From NCBI GenBank assembly GCA_951406725.2, contig OX597821.1, positions 11,222,001 to 11,286,000 of the forward strand: 64,000 nucleotides of DNA, read 5' to 3'. Shown here piece after piece: positions 12,797-24,782 of this stretch. Below the pieces are notes generated by a model. That model made no database searches. It was not told where the DNA came from and saw only the letters and a program-made list of their open reading frames with translations. Position numbers and translations under genes: made by a program. Position 1 is the stretch's first letter. The number at the start of each line of letters is the position of its first letter. The DNA comes from Octopus vulgaris. Lineage: Eukaryota.

Positions 12797-13184
12797 GTGG
12801 AGGCGCAATGGCCCAGTGGTTAGGGCAGCGGACTCGCGGTCATAGGATCGCGGTTTCGATTCCCAGACCGGGCGTTGTGAGTGTTTATTGAGCGAAAACA
12901 CCTAAAGCTCCACGAGGCTCCGGCAAGGGATGGTGGTGATCCCTGCTGTACTCTTTCACCACAACTTTCTCTCACTCTTACTTCCTGTTTCTGTTGCACC
13001 TGTATTTCAAAGGACCGGCCTTGTCACTCTCTGTGTCACGCTGAATATCCCTGAGAACTACATAAGGGTACACGCGTCTGTGGAGTGCTCAGCCACTTAC
13101 ACGTTAATTTCACGAGCAGGTTGTTCCATTGATTCGGATCAACCGGAACCCTCGTCGTCGTAACCGACGGAGTGCTTCCATTCC
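12797..13184 (+). mobile_element. Full-length tRNA-derived SINE family A (head 1 + tail 1)
   Basis: A-box TGGCCCAGTGG, B-box GGTTTCGATTCCC, 12-bp TSD AACATAGATTCG (12785-12796 and 13185-13196). Confidence 0.92.
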
Positions 13185-13509
13185 AACATAGATTCGATTT
13201 GATTTAAACCACATATGTTCGAAAGACATATAAGCCCATTACTTCTAAACTTAGTGTGCTAAATCAAACAGGAAATGTAGGATAAAGTGAATTGTATTTG
13301 TACATCAAGGAAAAATTCCTAAAGCTATAGTAGTCAATTTTCACAGAATATAAAAAAATCTCATTGTCTAAAAGACAGAACTAATACTGTCTGTAAATAT
13401 CAGTACAAAACTTTTGCTCCTGCTCTGTTCGTAATATACTGCTACAGCTAAAGGTAATTTAAGAAGGCATTTTGTATAAATCTCCGTTTTCTATATTAGA
13501 TGAGGTGAA

Positions 13510-13609
13510 NNNNNNNNNNNNNNNNNNNNNNNNNNNNNNNNNNNNNNNNNNNNNNNNNNNNNNNNNNNNNNNNNNNNNNNNNNNNNNNNNNNNNNNNNNN
13601 NNNNNNNNN
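13510..13609. other. Assembly gap (100 N)
   Basis: Run of n characters. Confidence 1.
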
Positions 13610-14423
13610 GATAGTAGAGTCACCATGGCTGGCATTTCTTAACGACGGACAGCAACGTATTGACAGTTCAACGGCTGGCGTAAAATTTTGAAGTTGATGT
13701 AAAAGAAAATCCCTAAAAACCAAGTTTTGTCTTGATTCTTTCTCACGACAGTAGACTCACGATGGCAAGCATTGAAAACTTCTTCATCATGGACGGCAAC
13801 ACATTGACGATTAAAATTCTGGAGCAAATTTTTTAGCTCGATGTAAGAGAGAATTGCTAAACACCCGCTCCTTTAAATTTTAATCCCCTTCCAGCCCCAT
13901 TTATACCCCTTTTCACCTTTTGGTTAATATAACCGGATTTCATTTGGGTCTACTGCGGCCACATTTTATAAGATGAGGACTCAACCAAGTTTCCCAAGTT
14001 CTGGTCATAGACCATAGAACACTCAACCAAGTTTCCCGATTTCTGGTCATAGACCATAGAACAGTCAAGCAAGTTTCCCGAGTTCTGGTCATAGACCATA
14101 GAACACTCAACCAAGTTTCCCGAGTTCTGGTCATAGACCATAGAACACTAAACCAAGTTTCCCGAGTTCTGGTCATTTGCAGAATAAATAGAGACGGCGG
14201 AGGTGGCAGACGTTGTTGCAATGTAAACATGATTTGTTATAAGAGAAAGATTGTCCAGATTGTGTGTTGGTGGTGTTGGTGGTGGCGATGATAATTATCA
14301 TTAGGAAAAAGAGTGAGTGAGTGAGGAAGACATACATAAGTTGTGGCGATGATAATTGTAGACCCCTTTTCACATTTTGAGGAAGAGAACCCGATTTCAT
14401 TCGGGTGTACTGCGGCCACATAG

Positions 14424-14487
<64 letters not shown>

Positions 14488-14591
14488 ACGCTGTAGAAAT
14501 TAAATTAGAGATAAAACCACTAATAGGGAAATGAAACAGTAAAAAACCAAAAACAAAAACATAAAAATAAAAATATAATATTAGATATATG

Positions 14592-14645
<54 letters not shown>

Positions 14646-15065
14646 GACAGGTAGACAATAGAATGCGATGGCGATGGGGATGGCGATGTAATATTTGTTA
14701 CTGTCCATGAACGCTGATAGATACATAAGTAAAATGTATAGGAAGGTAAGAGATAAGAGTGAGTGAAAATGTTCTTGGAAGAGAGTAAATAGCGACAGAG
14801 TGATTTGAGGAAGACTTTACATTAAATAACGGTAGTTGCATTGTCAAATGAAGAGGAGTGACAGAGTACTGGAGGAAATAGGGTGAGGTAGGAAGATGGC
14901 CCCTAGCAACCACACCTTTTAAGATAGGGATTTGTAAGTTAGCCCACGCGCATCGTCACCTCATTCTACATGTCCCTGTAAATTTTGGAGCGAATCGGAC
15001 GGGATGTAGTGGCATTGAAAGCGAACCAAGCGGTAAAAACGCATTTCAGTTTTATATAGAGAGAT
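13610..15065 (-). mobile_element. Probable non-autonomous Helitron-like element with internal tandem repeats
   Basis: The minus strand starts ATCTCTCTATATAAAACTGA at 15065, like the TATATAAAACTGA end at ~63450. It contains a diverged ~136-bp tandem pair, the 42-bp minisatellite, and a 34-bp direct repeat (13931 and 14388). Confidence 0.45.
13979..14176. repeat. 42-bp minisatellite, ~4.7 copies
   Basis: Unit ACTCAACCAAGTTTCCCGAGTTCTGGTCATAGACCATAGAAC. Produces the 14-aa periodicity in the ORF track. Confidence 0.95.
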
Positions 15066-15082
15066 TTATATATAGAGATATA

Positions 15083-15308
15083 AGGCGAGCTGGCAGAAAC
15101 GTTAGCACGCCGGGCGAAATGCGTGGCCGTATTTCGTCTGCCGTTAAGTGTTCTGAGTTCAAATTCCGCCGAGGTCGACTTTGCCTTTCATCCTTTCTGG
15201 GTCGATAAATTAAGTACCAGTTACGCACTGGGGTCGATGTAATCGACTTAATTCCTTTGTCTGTCCTTGTTTGTCCCCTCTATGTTTAGCCCCTTGTGGG
15301 TAGTAAAG

Positions 15309-15311
<3 letters not shown>
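15083..15311 (+). mobile_element. SINE family C copy
   Basis: GGCGAGCTGGCAGAAACGTTAGC...GAGTTCAAATTCCGCCGAGGTCGAC...CCCCTTGTGGGTAGTAAAGAAATA. Confidence 0.9.
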
Positions 15312-15347
<36 letters not shown>

Positions 15348-17314
15348 AACACTTACATATATACACTTTTTCAATTCGGTTACTTATCCACAAAATGCTG
15401 GAGTTTACGGACTCAAACCAAAGTTGCTTAGTACTGTTAGTTTCGAGCTTATGATTTGAGAAGGATTTGAACAAATCTCAAAGAAAATGTATACTTATCT
15501 ACATATATGCATAACATATACATACATGCGCACATCCGTGTCTGCATGCATGCACGTATCCATCAATCCAACCATCTATCCATCCATACATACATACATA
15601 TATACACATACACATGCACGTGTACATGCATGCTATTAAGAAAATGGATTTCCGTCAATTTCGACGATTTGGATTCAGTTGCTTGATAAATTGAATTACC
15701 TGCAAACTGAATTAGCAGAATATTCCACACATTCATGTATCATTCAAATAATTCTGAAGCGGAATCACCACAACAAAATGTGTGACAAGGCCACACCTTT
15801 GCATTACTGCTATAAACCATCGGATGTGCTTCCGCACAATCACTGTCAATACACTGTCATCTAGAAAGCTTGGTTTAACCTGAGGTAAATCGTCCGATTT
15901 ACCACGACGGATTTCGACATCATAACCTCGTGCTTGTAAAGCGAATCCCGTAACTCTCCCCCTTGTATACATCATATATACGCACGTACGAACATGCATA
16001 CATACATATATGACCCCTGACGATCAAGGTAGGTCTTATATCTGTAACTGAAATTTTTTTCGCAAAGTTTCTTCAATGAAAAACTAACATTGGTATAAGT
16101 CTCCTTTCCTTATTCCACAGGCGTTGCCGATGGAAAAGGTGGAAGCTGATACAGCATAGCATCAAAATGTTGAAGGGGCAACCAGAACACAAAGAATTTG
16201 AATAGATATCTACAAAATATTTTGTCCAAAGTACTAACATTTCCGCTTATTCATCGCCAAATCTCGTACTTTATTTTATCAAACTTGGAAGCATGAAGGA
16301 CAGAGGTAACCTCGGTAACAATTAAGCTTTGAACAAAAAAAATACTTGAAATACTACAGAGCACTTCGTTTACCGATCTGACGATATTGTCGATCGTCCA
16401 TGTTATATATACATTATTTTTTCATATATATTCATACTCTGAATCCCTGAAGGATTAAAAAACAAACTTTCTCCGGTTGAAAATTGCACTTGGAATATAC
16501 GAACTGGAATAAATAGCAAAAAACATTTCGTTCGGCGGTGCAACGGTTTTCCCTCCGCTCATTACACATATATACATACATAAAAATGTTTGCATATACA
16601 TATATGCTCAAATTTACAAAGACAGGCATACATACTTTTAACAAACACACCTGCATGCATACAAGTATATATACATGCATACATACATTCATACATTAAT
16701 ACATACATACATCTACCAGGCTAAACTACCAACTTGCACTGGAGTATTGATTTGTAGCAAATAAGAATGTGGTAAATAAATGCTGGACTGTTTTCAATGT
16801 AATTCATAAGAATTTAAAAAGATTCAAATTAAGTAAGAAATACAAAAATAAAAAAACATAACTATAAGAACTGTAGCAAAATATTACTAGAAAGAAACGC
16901 TTGTCATTGAAGTGACTTTTGCCATGAATTTCGACATTCTTTTCTGAAAGAACTCTAATGTTACTATTTTACCAAATTCTCTTGAAAGAAAGACACATTT
17001 GTCAAGTATAAAAGCAACACTTCGTTTGTGCTGTCCGTTTTCCAGAGTTTTCTTTCTTTGATTTAGTTATGTATTTATTTTTTTCTTTATCATTGCAAAT
17101 CTTGTCTGAAGTGTGATGGCCCATTCTTTCATATGTCAAATACACGAAGACAATGGATATGTCAGAATGTATGTATATGCGTGGAGCTGGCTATCCCTGT
17201 GTCTTCGTGCTTATATACACTAGTGTGTGCGTGTTTTCATGTGTTAAGTTTGTAAGTTTGTCTTCTATTTGTCATTGCAAAATGTGGACTGTCTTTGACT
17301 TTTAATCATAAGAG

Positions 17315-17364
<50 letters not shown>

Positions 17365-17387
17365 TATATATATATTGATACACACAC

Positions 17388-17421
<34 letters not shown>

Positions 17422-17422
17422 G

Positions 17423-17481
<59 letters not shown>

Positions 17482-17483
<2 letters not shown>

Positions 17484-17640
17484 CTGGAATTTATAGAAAA
17501 ACGAAAGACGAAGACAGGTGTATGAACAACAGAACAACAAGCAAGTGTATTAGTTTGACGCTCGGGGAAAATGAAAAAGTATTTTACGTTTCGAGCCTAC
17601 GCTCTTCAACGGAAAGGCATAAGAGAAAATAAACCAAGAG
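17482..17640 (-). mobile_element. Penelope-like terminal-repeat remnant (family D) abutting (TA)n
   Basis: Homologous to 55515-55630 and 59195-59370. Minus strand has CCGTTGA-A-GAGC-GTAG-GCTC-GAAACGTA (hammerhead-like). Confidence 0.6.
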
Positions 17641-18074
17641 AATGAAAAAATTACGACGACGAGCGTTCCTGTTGATCTGATCATAGGAACAGCCTACTCG
17701 TAACATTAACTTGCAAGTGGCTCAACACTCCACAAACACGCGAACCCTTAACATAATTTTCAGCGAGATTCAATATGGCGTAAAACGTGAGTAGGCTGGC
17801 CGTTTGGATTACAGATACAATTAACTTTTGACAGCTCAGTAGAGTAGGGCAGTATGAAGGATAAAACACGCCACCAGAAATCGTTGCTGCGGACCTTACA
17901 ATCGTGAGCCGGCTTCCTTCACCACTAATCCACTCGCTTTCACGATGTACAAATAAATATGTGTGTATATATACATATATGTATATATAGATATACATAT
18001 AAGTATATGTATATATAGATAAACATATAAGTATATGTATAGATATACATATAATTATATGTATATATATATAT

Positions 18075-18483
18075 AGGAGTGGCTGTGTGGTAAGTAGCTG
18101 GCTTACCAATCACATGGTTCCGGGTTCAGTCCCACTACGTGGCATCTTGGGCAAGTGTCTTCTACTATAGACTCGGGCCGACTAAAGCCTTGTGAGTGGA
18201 TTTGGTAGACGGAAACTGAAAGAAGCCCGTCGTATATATGTATATATATATATATATGTGTATGTATATTTGTGTGTGTTTGTCCCCCTAGCATTGCTTG
18301 ACAACCGATATTGGTGTGTTTACGTCCCCGTCACTTAGCAGTTCGGCAAAAGAGACCGATAGAATAAGTACTGGGCCTACAAAGAATAAGTCCCGGGGTC
18401 GATTTGCTCGACTAAAGGTGGTGATCCAGCATGGCCGCAGTGAAATGACTGAAACAAGTAAAAGAGTAAAGAGAGTAAAGAGT
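18075..18483 (+). mobile_element. SINE family B, near full length
   Basis: A-box TGGCTGTGTGG, B-box GGTTCAGTCCC, internal (TA)n, (AAAGAGT)n tail. Confidence 0.92.
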
Positions 18484-18646
18484 ATATATATAGATATATA
18501 TAGATATATATGTACTCATCCAAATATATATGTATATATAGATATACATATATAGATATAGATATTTGTGAATACATATTCAGTTGCTTGAGATTCATGT
18601 GTGTGTGTATGTGCACGTATGCATGTGAATGTATATGACAGATAGA

Positions 18647-18900
18647 TACCGTATTTAATGGGATAGAAAACGCACAGGTATATTAGATGCACCCCAATTT
18701 CAACAACGCATATTCAGGAGAGAAGTGTTTAGCACAATAATACGTGTAATCTAGGCTTAACTTAGGTTGATTTTTGAGACGTCTTTATGCCATCAAAAAC
18801 GATAAATTCATTTCAGAGTCCTTTAATCTCCCGATTTAAGACAAAGACTTAAAAGAATATGAATCTCGATGCGTATACTGCATCTTACCGCAAGACCGTG
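18647..18900. mobile_element. Decayed Tc2/pogo-like MITE end
   Basis: TACCGTATTT..ACGCACAGGTATATTAGATGCACCCC resembles the subterminal motifs of 58344-58855. The right boundary is uncertain. Confidence 0.4.
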
Positions 18901-19473
18901 TTCTATTCAATGCAGTAAATGGAATCGTTACCCTGCCTAGTAATACAATGTAACGCTTGAGTTGAATTAGATTATGAATGCCGTTATACAGTAAAAATAG
19001 TTCAATAAACACACCCATTCCTTTTATCTTACTCATTACTTTTCTCAGCAACCACTCGGCATATATACATTGTTTGGATAAGTAATGTAGAGGTATAAAT
19101 TCCGAAATCCGTCTGCGAATGAAATACCACGTTACTCTGAACTCCTTGGGTGCGTGCGTGCTTGTCTAAATATGTGTACGAGTATGTACGCGTGTATGCA
19201 AGTGCATTTTATGTTTTTGCTTATGTGTGTGTATGCATATGTGTGTGCGTGTATGTATGTGCGTATGTATGTATGCATGTTTGTGTATGTGCATGCTTGC
19301 TTGCATGTATGTATGTATGAATGTCCTGGGTATAAACTTCGTCAGGCTGTAGAGCCCTTATAGGTAAGTTCCGTGTTTTGAGGAGTGTGGTACCACCGTT
19401 TAGCTGCTATTATTTCCAAGTCTACTCTGATCCGGAGCACCTGCTAGGGTCCCAGTTATAGGCTAAGTAGTAT

Positions 19474-19795
19474 GTGAAGGCGCGTGGCTTAGTGGTTAGA
19501 GCATTCACGATCGTAAGGTCATGAGTTCAATTCTCGGCGACGCGTTCTGTCCTTGAGCAAGACAGTTTATTTCCTGTTGCTCTAATCTACTCTGCTGGCA
19601 AAAATAAGTAGCACCTGTATTTCAAAAATCCAACCTTATCACATTCTGTGTCACACTGAATTTTCCTGAGAATTACGTTAAGAATACAAGTGTCTGTGGA
19701 GTACTCAGCCACTTGCACATTAATTTCACGTACAAGCTTTTCCGTTGATCGCATCAGCTGGGACCCTCGTCGTCGTAACCGACGGAATGCTTCTA
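19474..19795 (+). mobile_element. tRNA SINE, head 2 (CORE-like) + tail 1
   Basis: TGGCTTAGTGG and GAGTTCAATTC boxes, central CCTTGAGCAAGAC domain, 3' half homologous to family A (..CGTCGTCGTAACCGACGG). Confidence 0.8.
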
Positions 19796-20193
19796 TTAGT
19801 ACGTGAAATACTGGAGTGAGATAGTGAAGTTCTCGTTAAAACTTCATTCAATAAGAAGGTAAACTTATACAAAGAACCTGAAATGCAGGTGGTTTCTGGA
19901 CGTCTCAACCTCTGTCCTGCCACCGTTTTTATAGCTGATTACGCTAAAATGTAGGTTAAGCGCTATGCAACATTCTGTCTACTCAAGACAAATTCAAGCA
20001 CAGAAACTTCTTGGACTCTGGATGCATTTGCAGTTTTATTGAGCTAGGAAGTGGTCTCACTCCGTCACGAGTTGACTTTTACCATGTATGTAACTGTATG
20101 TAATTGTATATGTAGGTGTGCGGATGTGAATATGTGTATATATATTGTTGTGAATGTATATAGATGTTCAGTTCTTGGAGACGTAACACTTAT

Positions 20194-20587
20194 TACTCTT
20201 TACTTGTTTCAGTCATTTGACTGCGGCCATGCTGGAGCACCGCCTTTAGTCGAGCAAATCGACCCGGGACTTATTCTTTGTAAGCCCAGTACTTATTCTA
20301 TCGGTCTCTTTTGCCGAACAGCTAAGTTACGGGGACGTAAACATCGGTTGTCATGCAATGCTAGGGGGACAAACACAGACACACAAACATATACACACAC
20401 TTATATATATATATACATATATACGACAGGCTTCTTTCAGTTTCCGTCTACCAAATCCACTCACAAGGCATTGGTCGGCCCGGGGTTATAGCAGAAGACA
20501 CTTGCCCAAGATGCCACGCAGTGGGACTGAACCCGGAACCATGTGGTTAGTTAGCAAGCTACTTACCACACAGCCACTCCTGCGCCT
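20194..20587 (-). mobile_element. SINE family B, full length
   Basis: Reverse complement of the 18075-18483 type. Ends CCACACAGCCACTCCTGCGCCT. Confidence 0.92.
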
Positions 20588-23500
20588 ATTGTCCTATTTT
20601 ACTTCAAATCTCTGTATGTTTGTTTCTTTCTCTCACCCTCTCTCTCACACACACACTCTCACAAACAAACATACATACAATCTCTCTCTTTCTCTTTCTT
20701 TCTCTCACTCTCTCTCTCTCTCTCACTCTCTCTCTTTCCATCCTTTCCATAGCTTACCTTTTCTCTCTGTTCTCTATACCATTCCTAAAACTTCAGTTTC
20801 CTTCCCCAAAACTTAACCAACAGCACAATCGATTTTTCTCCTGCGAACGTCTATCGCTCTGACTACTTCTGACAGTACATTTACGTCCTCTCACCTAGTC
20901 TGATCAATCTTGTTACACTGTTTTTCTTTCTTTGTCCCTTTCCTCAAGCTTTCTTGCTCACGTTTATCCCAGAACCCTACCCTAGCCACCTTTTACTGTT
21001 ACTGACCAAATTCTTACATTTTACTTCCTTCTATTTGTAATATTCTCATGCCGCTCAAAAATCCCCTCATAAGACACCCATCACAAATAGTCTTCTTCGC
21101 CTGCTGCCCCTTCTTTTTCTCTCTTGCTTCTCTCCTTCTCTCTCCCTCTGTCTTTCCGAACATCGACAAAGGTGCAGTATGTTAGACTCCACTGCATCGC
21201 AACTTGAAATATATCCCATTTTTATATATCTCATAAACTTTTAAGTAATTCAAAACTACTGCAGACATACTGCTTTCGTTCATTGCAGTATTAGGTGTAC
21301 CAGAGACAGAGAACTTATTTAAAACTATGTAGTCCGAGCAAATGAAAATTAAATTATTTGATATTAGCTACGTGTTCAAGTTATATACACAAAGTAGCCC
21401 CTGTGACGAGTTATAACCGTCACCCCTTCGACCTCGTGTTCGACGTTCACTCCGTAACTTCTATCAAATTTGTAATAAACTCAAACAACCTTTATCACGC
21501 TGGTGATATTTCATCATAGAATTACAGAAATGCGATGATATTAAAGAACCTTTTCCAATTTCTTTCTCCAATAATAATCTTTTTCAACAACTTTTCAAAT
21601 ATATCTTTAATAATGGTGCAGAGACTAGCACCAGTTACGTAATCACATTCACACAGGCGTACACACACACATACTCGTATGCATGCATTCATCCATATGT
21701 ACACTAACGATAATAAATAACTTATACCGCTGTGTGAAAGTGCGCGCGCGTGTATGTCCCTGGGAATTGCATCATACATATTGAATTACAGCAGATGGAT
21801 ATATGAAATATAATAACGTGTTGGCAGAAAAGCGAGGCTTAAATAGATTTGTAATGGCTTTCCGAAAGATGAATGTATATCCAGCTTCTTCGTAGTTCGA
21901 CGTGAAAATGTTAATGAGAAGTTATTTCCGTTTGCTCAGTTCTTTCAACCTTGGACCAAATATTCAGATATATTTGTCAGAAAAGTCGGAATGTGAAGAA
22001 GATCAAAAGATAGAAAGACAAGACATACATATTGTGGGCTTAGTAATTAATTATGATACATTTCGCATATATTTTCTTTATCTATATATTATCTTCATTC
22101 TTACAACGTATTAACTACATTTTTAAGCAGATAATATCAACAGTTTCATCTGTATATCATTATTTATTCACATTTTATTTATATAAGGTGTTGAACGAAT
22201 ATGTTGATTTGATTCTCTTATGATACTGTTGCAATTCCTTTACGGTTTGGTCGAAGTGAATATATGCAGAACGAACTTTGGAGAGTATCTCTGTCAAGAA
22301 AATAGTAAATCGTTAACAGAGGCACATATATCGATGTATGGCTAACAAACTAACTATACAAGCATGTTTTGGGGTTCAATACCACTGCGCAGAACCTTAG
22401 ACAACTGGCTTCTACTCTTCCCCCCACCCCCGCCGACAAACGCCTTATGAGTAAATTTCGTTGTCGGAAACTGTGTTGAAGGACTTCGTGTATGTTCATA
22501 TATTTGTATATATAATATCGTTACTATTACGCGAAAATGTCGCAAGTTCAAAACGTTGCTTTTTCAGAAAACGAAAAAATAGTTTCACCATTCCATTTCT
22601 TTTTACATTAGGAACAGCTTCAGCTTAACGATAAGACTTTGTTGGATGCATAAAATCGAAACTCCATGCATGTATGATATTTTCAATCAGAAATAATTTT
22701 GCAAAACTGTCGTATGTAGGACTTACTACACTTTTGAACCTATACAGAACCATACTGATATAATTCACTATCTCTTTTATAACACAAGAAATATATTCTA
22801 AAGTAAATAGCATGTAGAAAATATATGAAATTTTTAACATATTCCTTTAATTTAACTCATTAATACCAATAAATTACTATTTACTAACTAACTATAATTT
22901 TATATTAAATTGATATAGAAAATTATATAAATATGAAATTATTTCTATATTCTCCATCCCTATGTTGTATAAAATGCTAAAGTTATTCTGATTCTTTGAG
23001 AAACTCTCTAAAATGTACCTATTTATTTCAAATCACCATTGGGATTATGGCTGTTAAATGGTTAAGTATTATAAGTTTTTACTCTCTCTCTCTCTACCCC
23101 ATCTGCTTTAGCCTGCTAATTTTGCCTGAAATAAATTCAACTGGATCCAAATGGTTTCTACGTCAAAGGGATCTTGATTTATGGCTCTGCCACTTAAACC
23201 GTCTTTTTCTCCATAAAAAAAAAGATTCTTGTTTTCCCACTAGACCAGATAACCTTGCGTAAAGGAGTCAGAAATCCCCTCCCCCAGTAGCAAATCTAAA
23301 AAAACAATGTAAAATCAATGGTAAGCAGTGTCTTCATGAAAAAATATCAGTTACTACTATGTTTTTGTTGATGAAACTTGTTCTCTGTCTTACCCTCTTT
23401 TTGATTTTTATAGTTATTCCATTGAATAACTATAAAAATAATCTTTTAAATTTAACTAAATCCTATATTTTTATGCAGCTGAAACATTGCTCTACATTTT

Positions 23501-23696
23501 AAAACTGATGTAATACTTGCATTGTTCAATTAAATGGAGTCGCACGAAACGATCGCACTGCATTACCTCTGGATATCCTTGTTGCTTATTTTGATTATAA
23601 TCACCACATTTTGAATTATATGGATAATACCATACTAAATTCTGGTGCCTTTAACTCTTAAGTTCCATATTCAACTGAATCTAAATTTTTACTGAA

Positions 23697-23742
<46 letters not shown>

Positions 23743-23747
<5 letters not shown>

Positions 23748-24404
23748 GAAAGAATGGAGTCGAACGAAGATGTTAACAAAATTCCTTTACTCTCGACATG
23801 TTTCGAAGACAACATGGTTTAATTCCAAAGGAATAAATGGTGCATTATGCTGTGGTTCGAACAATTAGCTTAACGTCCACCCCACTTCAATAGCGAAATT
23901 CTTTCCTAAACCTTCGAACATTCTTTCAATCAACGTACCCTTCCCTCTCCACTTGTTCCCTACCTATTATTCCTTTAACCCTTCTCTTCCTACTATCTAT
24001 CTTTGACGTCAATTCTTCTAACGGTTTTTTTAAAAAAAAACACTCATTATCGTTTTGTTTACCATGTAGGCAGTCATCGAAATGTTTGTTTGTCCTGTTG
24101 TCGAGAGAGGCTCCTTTTCTTTCCTGATGAGAAAATTGCATAATGCACCATTTATTCCTTTGGAATGAAACCATGTTGTCTTCGAAACATTTGTCGAGAG
24201 TAAAGGAATTTTGTTAACATCTTCGTTCGACTCCATTCTTTCATTTATTCATATACAACATACAAATTTCTGCACATGAACCCGGAGTTTCTACCTTTGG
24301 ACAGGTCGCTTCAACCGTGTTTCTGACGTGAATTTGCTACCCAGGTTTCGGTTAAACGAATTTTCCATGCTGACGATAAACATAGGATAATTCATTCACC
24401 TATT

Positions 24405-24405
<1 letters not shown>
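23743..24405. mobile_element. Penelope-like remnant with a ~108-bp inverted repeat, between two (TA)n tracts
   Basis: 23743-23851 is the near-exact reverse complement of 24138-24248. Flanked by (TA)n at 23699-23742 and 24408-24490. Confidence 0.7.
24113..24206 (+). ncRNA. Type I hammerhead ribozyme motif
   Basis: CCTTT-T-CTTTC | CTGATGA (24124-30) | GAA..TTC | GAAAC ATTT GTC (24184-95) | GAGAG-T-AAAGG. Helix I is ~10 bp with one mismatch and the cleavage triplet is GUC. Confidence 0.7.
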
Positions 24406-24494
<89 letters not shown>

Positions 24495-24514
24495 TCAATA
24501 CGTGATCGCGTGTG

Positions 24515-24705
24515 TATCGTTGACGATTTTTTCTCCTTCTTCCATTCCTTGGACTTTTTCTTTTTTTTTTTTCTATATTTCTGGCGAAGAGTTCCGATCG
24601 AAACGTGAAATCCTCCTTCTTTCTTTCCTTTCTTGAACATCCAATAACACTATACTTATTCCACGTCCTCGCGTTGTTGTGTTTTCTCTTTGTTCATGTT
24701 TGGAT

Positions 24706-24710
<5 letters not shown>
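24515..24710 (+). mobile_element. Penelope-like terminal-repeat remnant between (TA)n tracts
   Basis: Homologous to 54640-54845 (GTTGACGATTTTT..TTGGACTTT..ACGTCCTC.CGTTGTTG). Motif CTGGCGA-A-GAG..ATC-GAAACGTG. Confidence 0.55.

Positions 24711-24782
<72 letters not shown>

Noticed and set aside
12797-12870. tRNA gene calls for the SINE heads (also 2696, 29060, 47551, 48381)
   Set aside because: A and B boxes are present, but the acceptor stems do not pair, there is no T-run terminator, and each head continues into a repeat body, mostly with TSDs.
13979-14176. CRISPR-like periodic repeat
   Set aside because: Contiguous 42-bp units with no unique spacers, no cas genes, and a eukaryotic context.
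22313-22850. Possible Kolobok-like element (CCTTTAA end)
   Set aside because: Only one convincing terminus, and no TIR pair could be matched.
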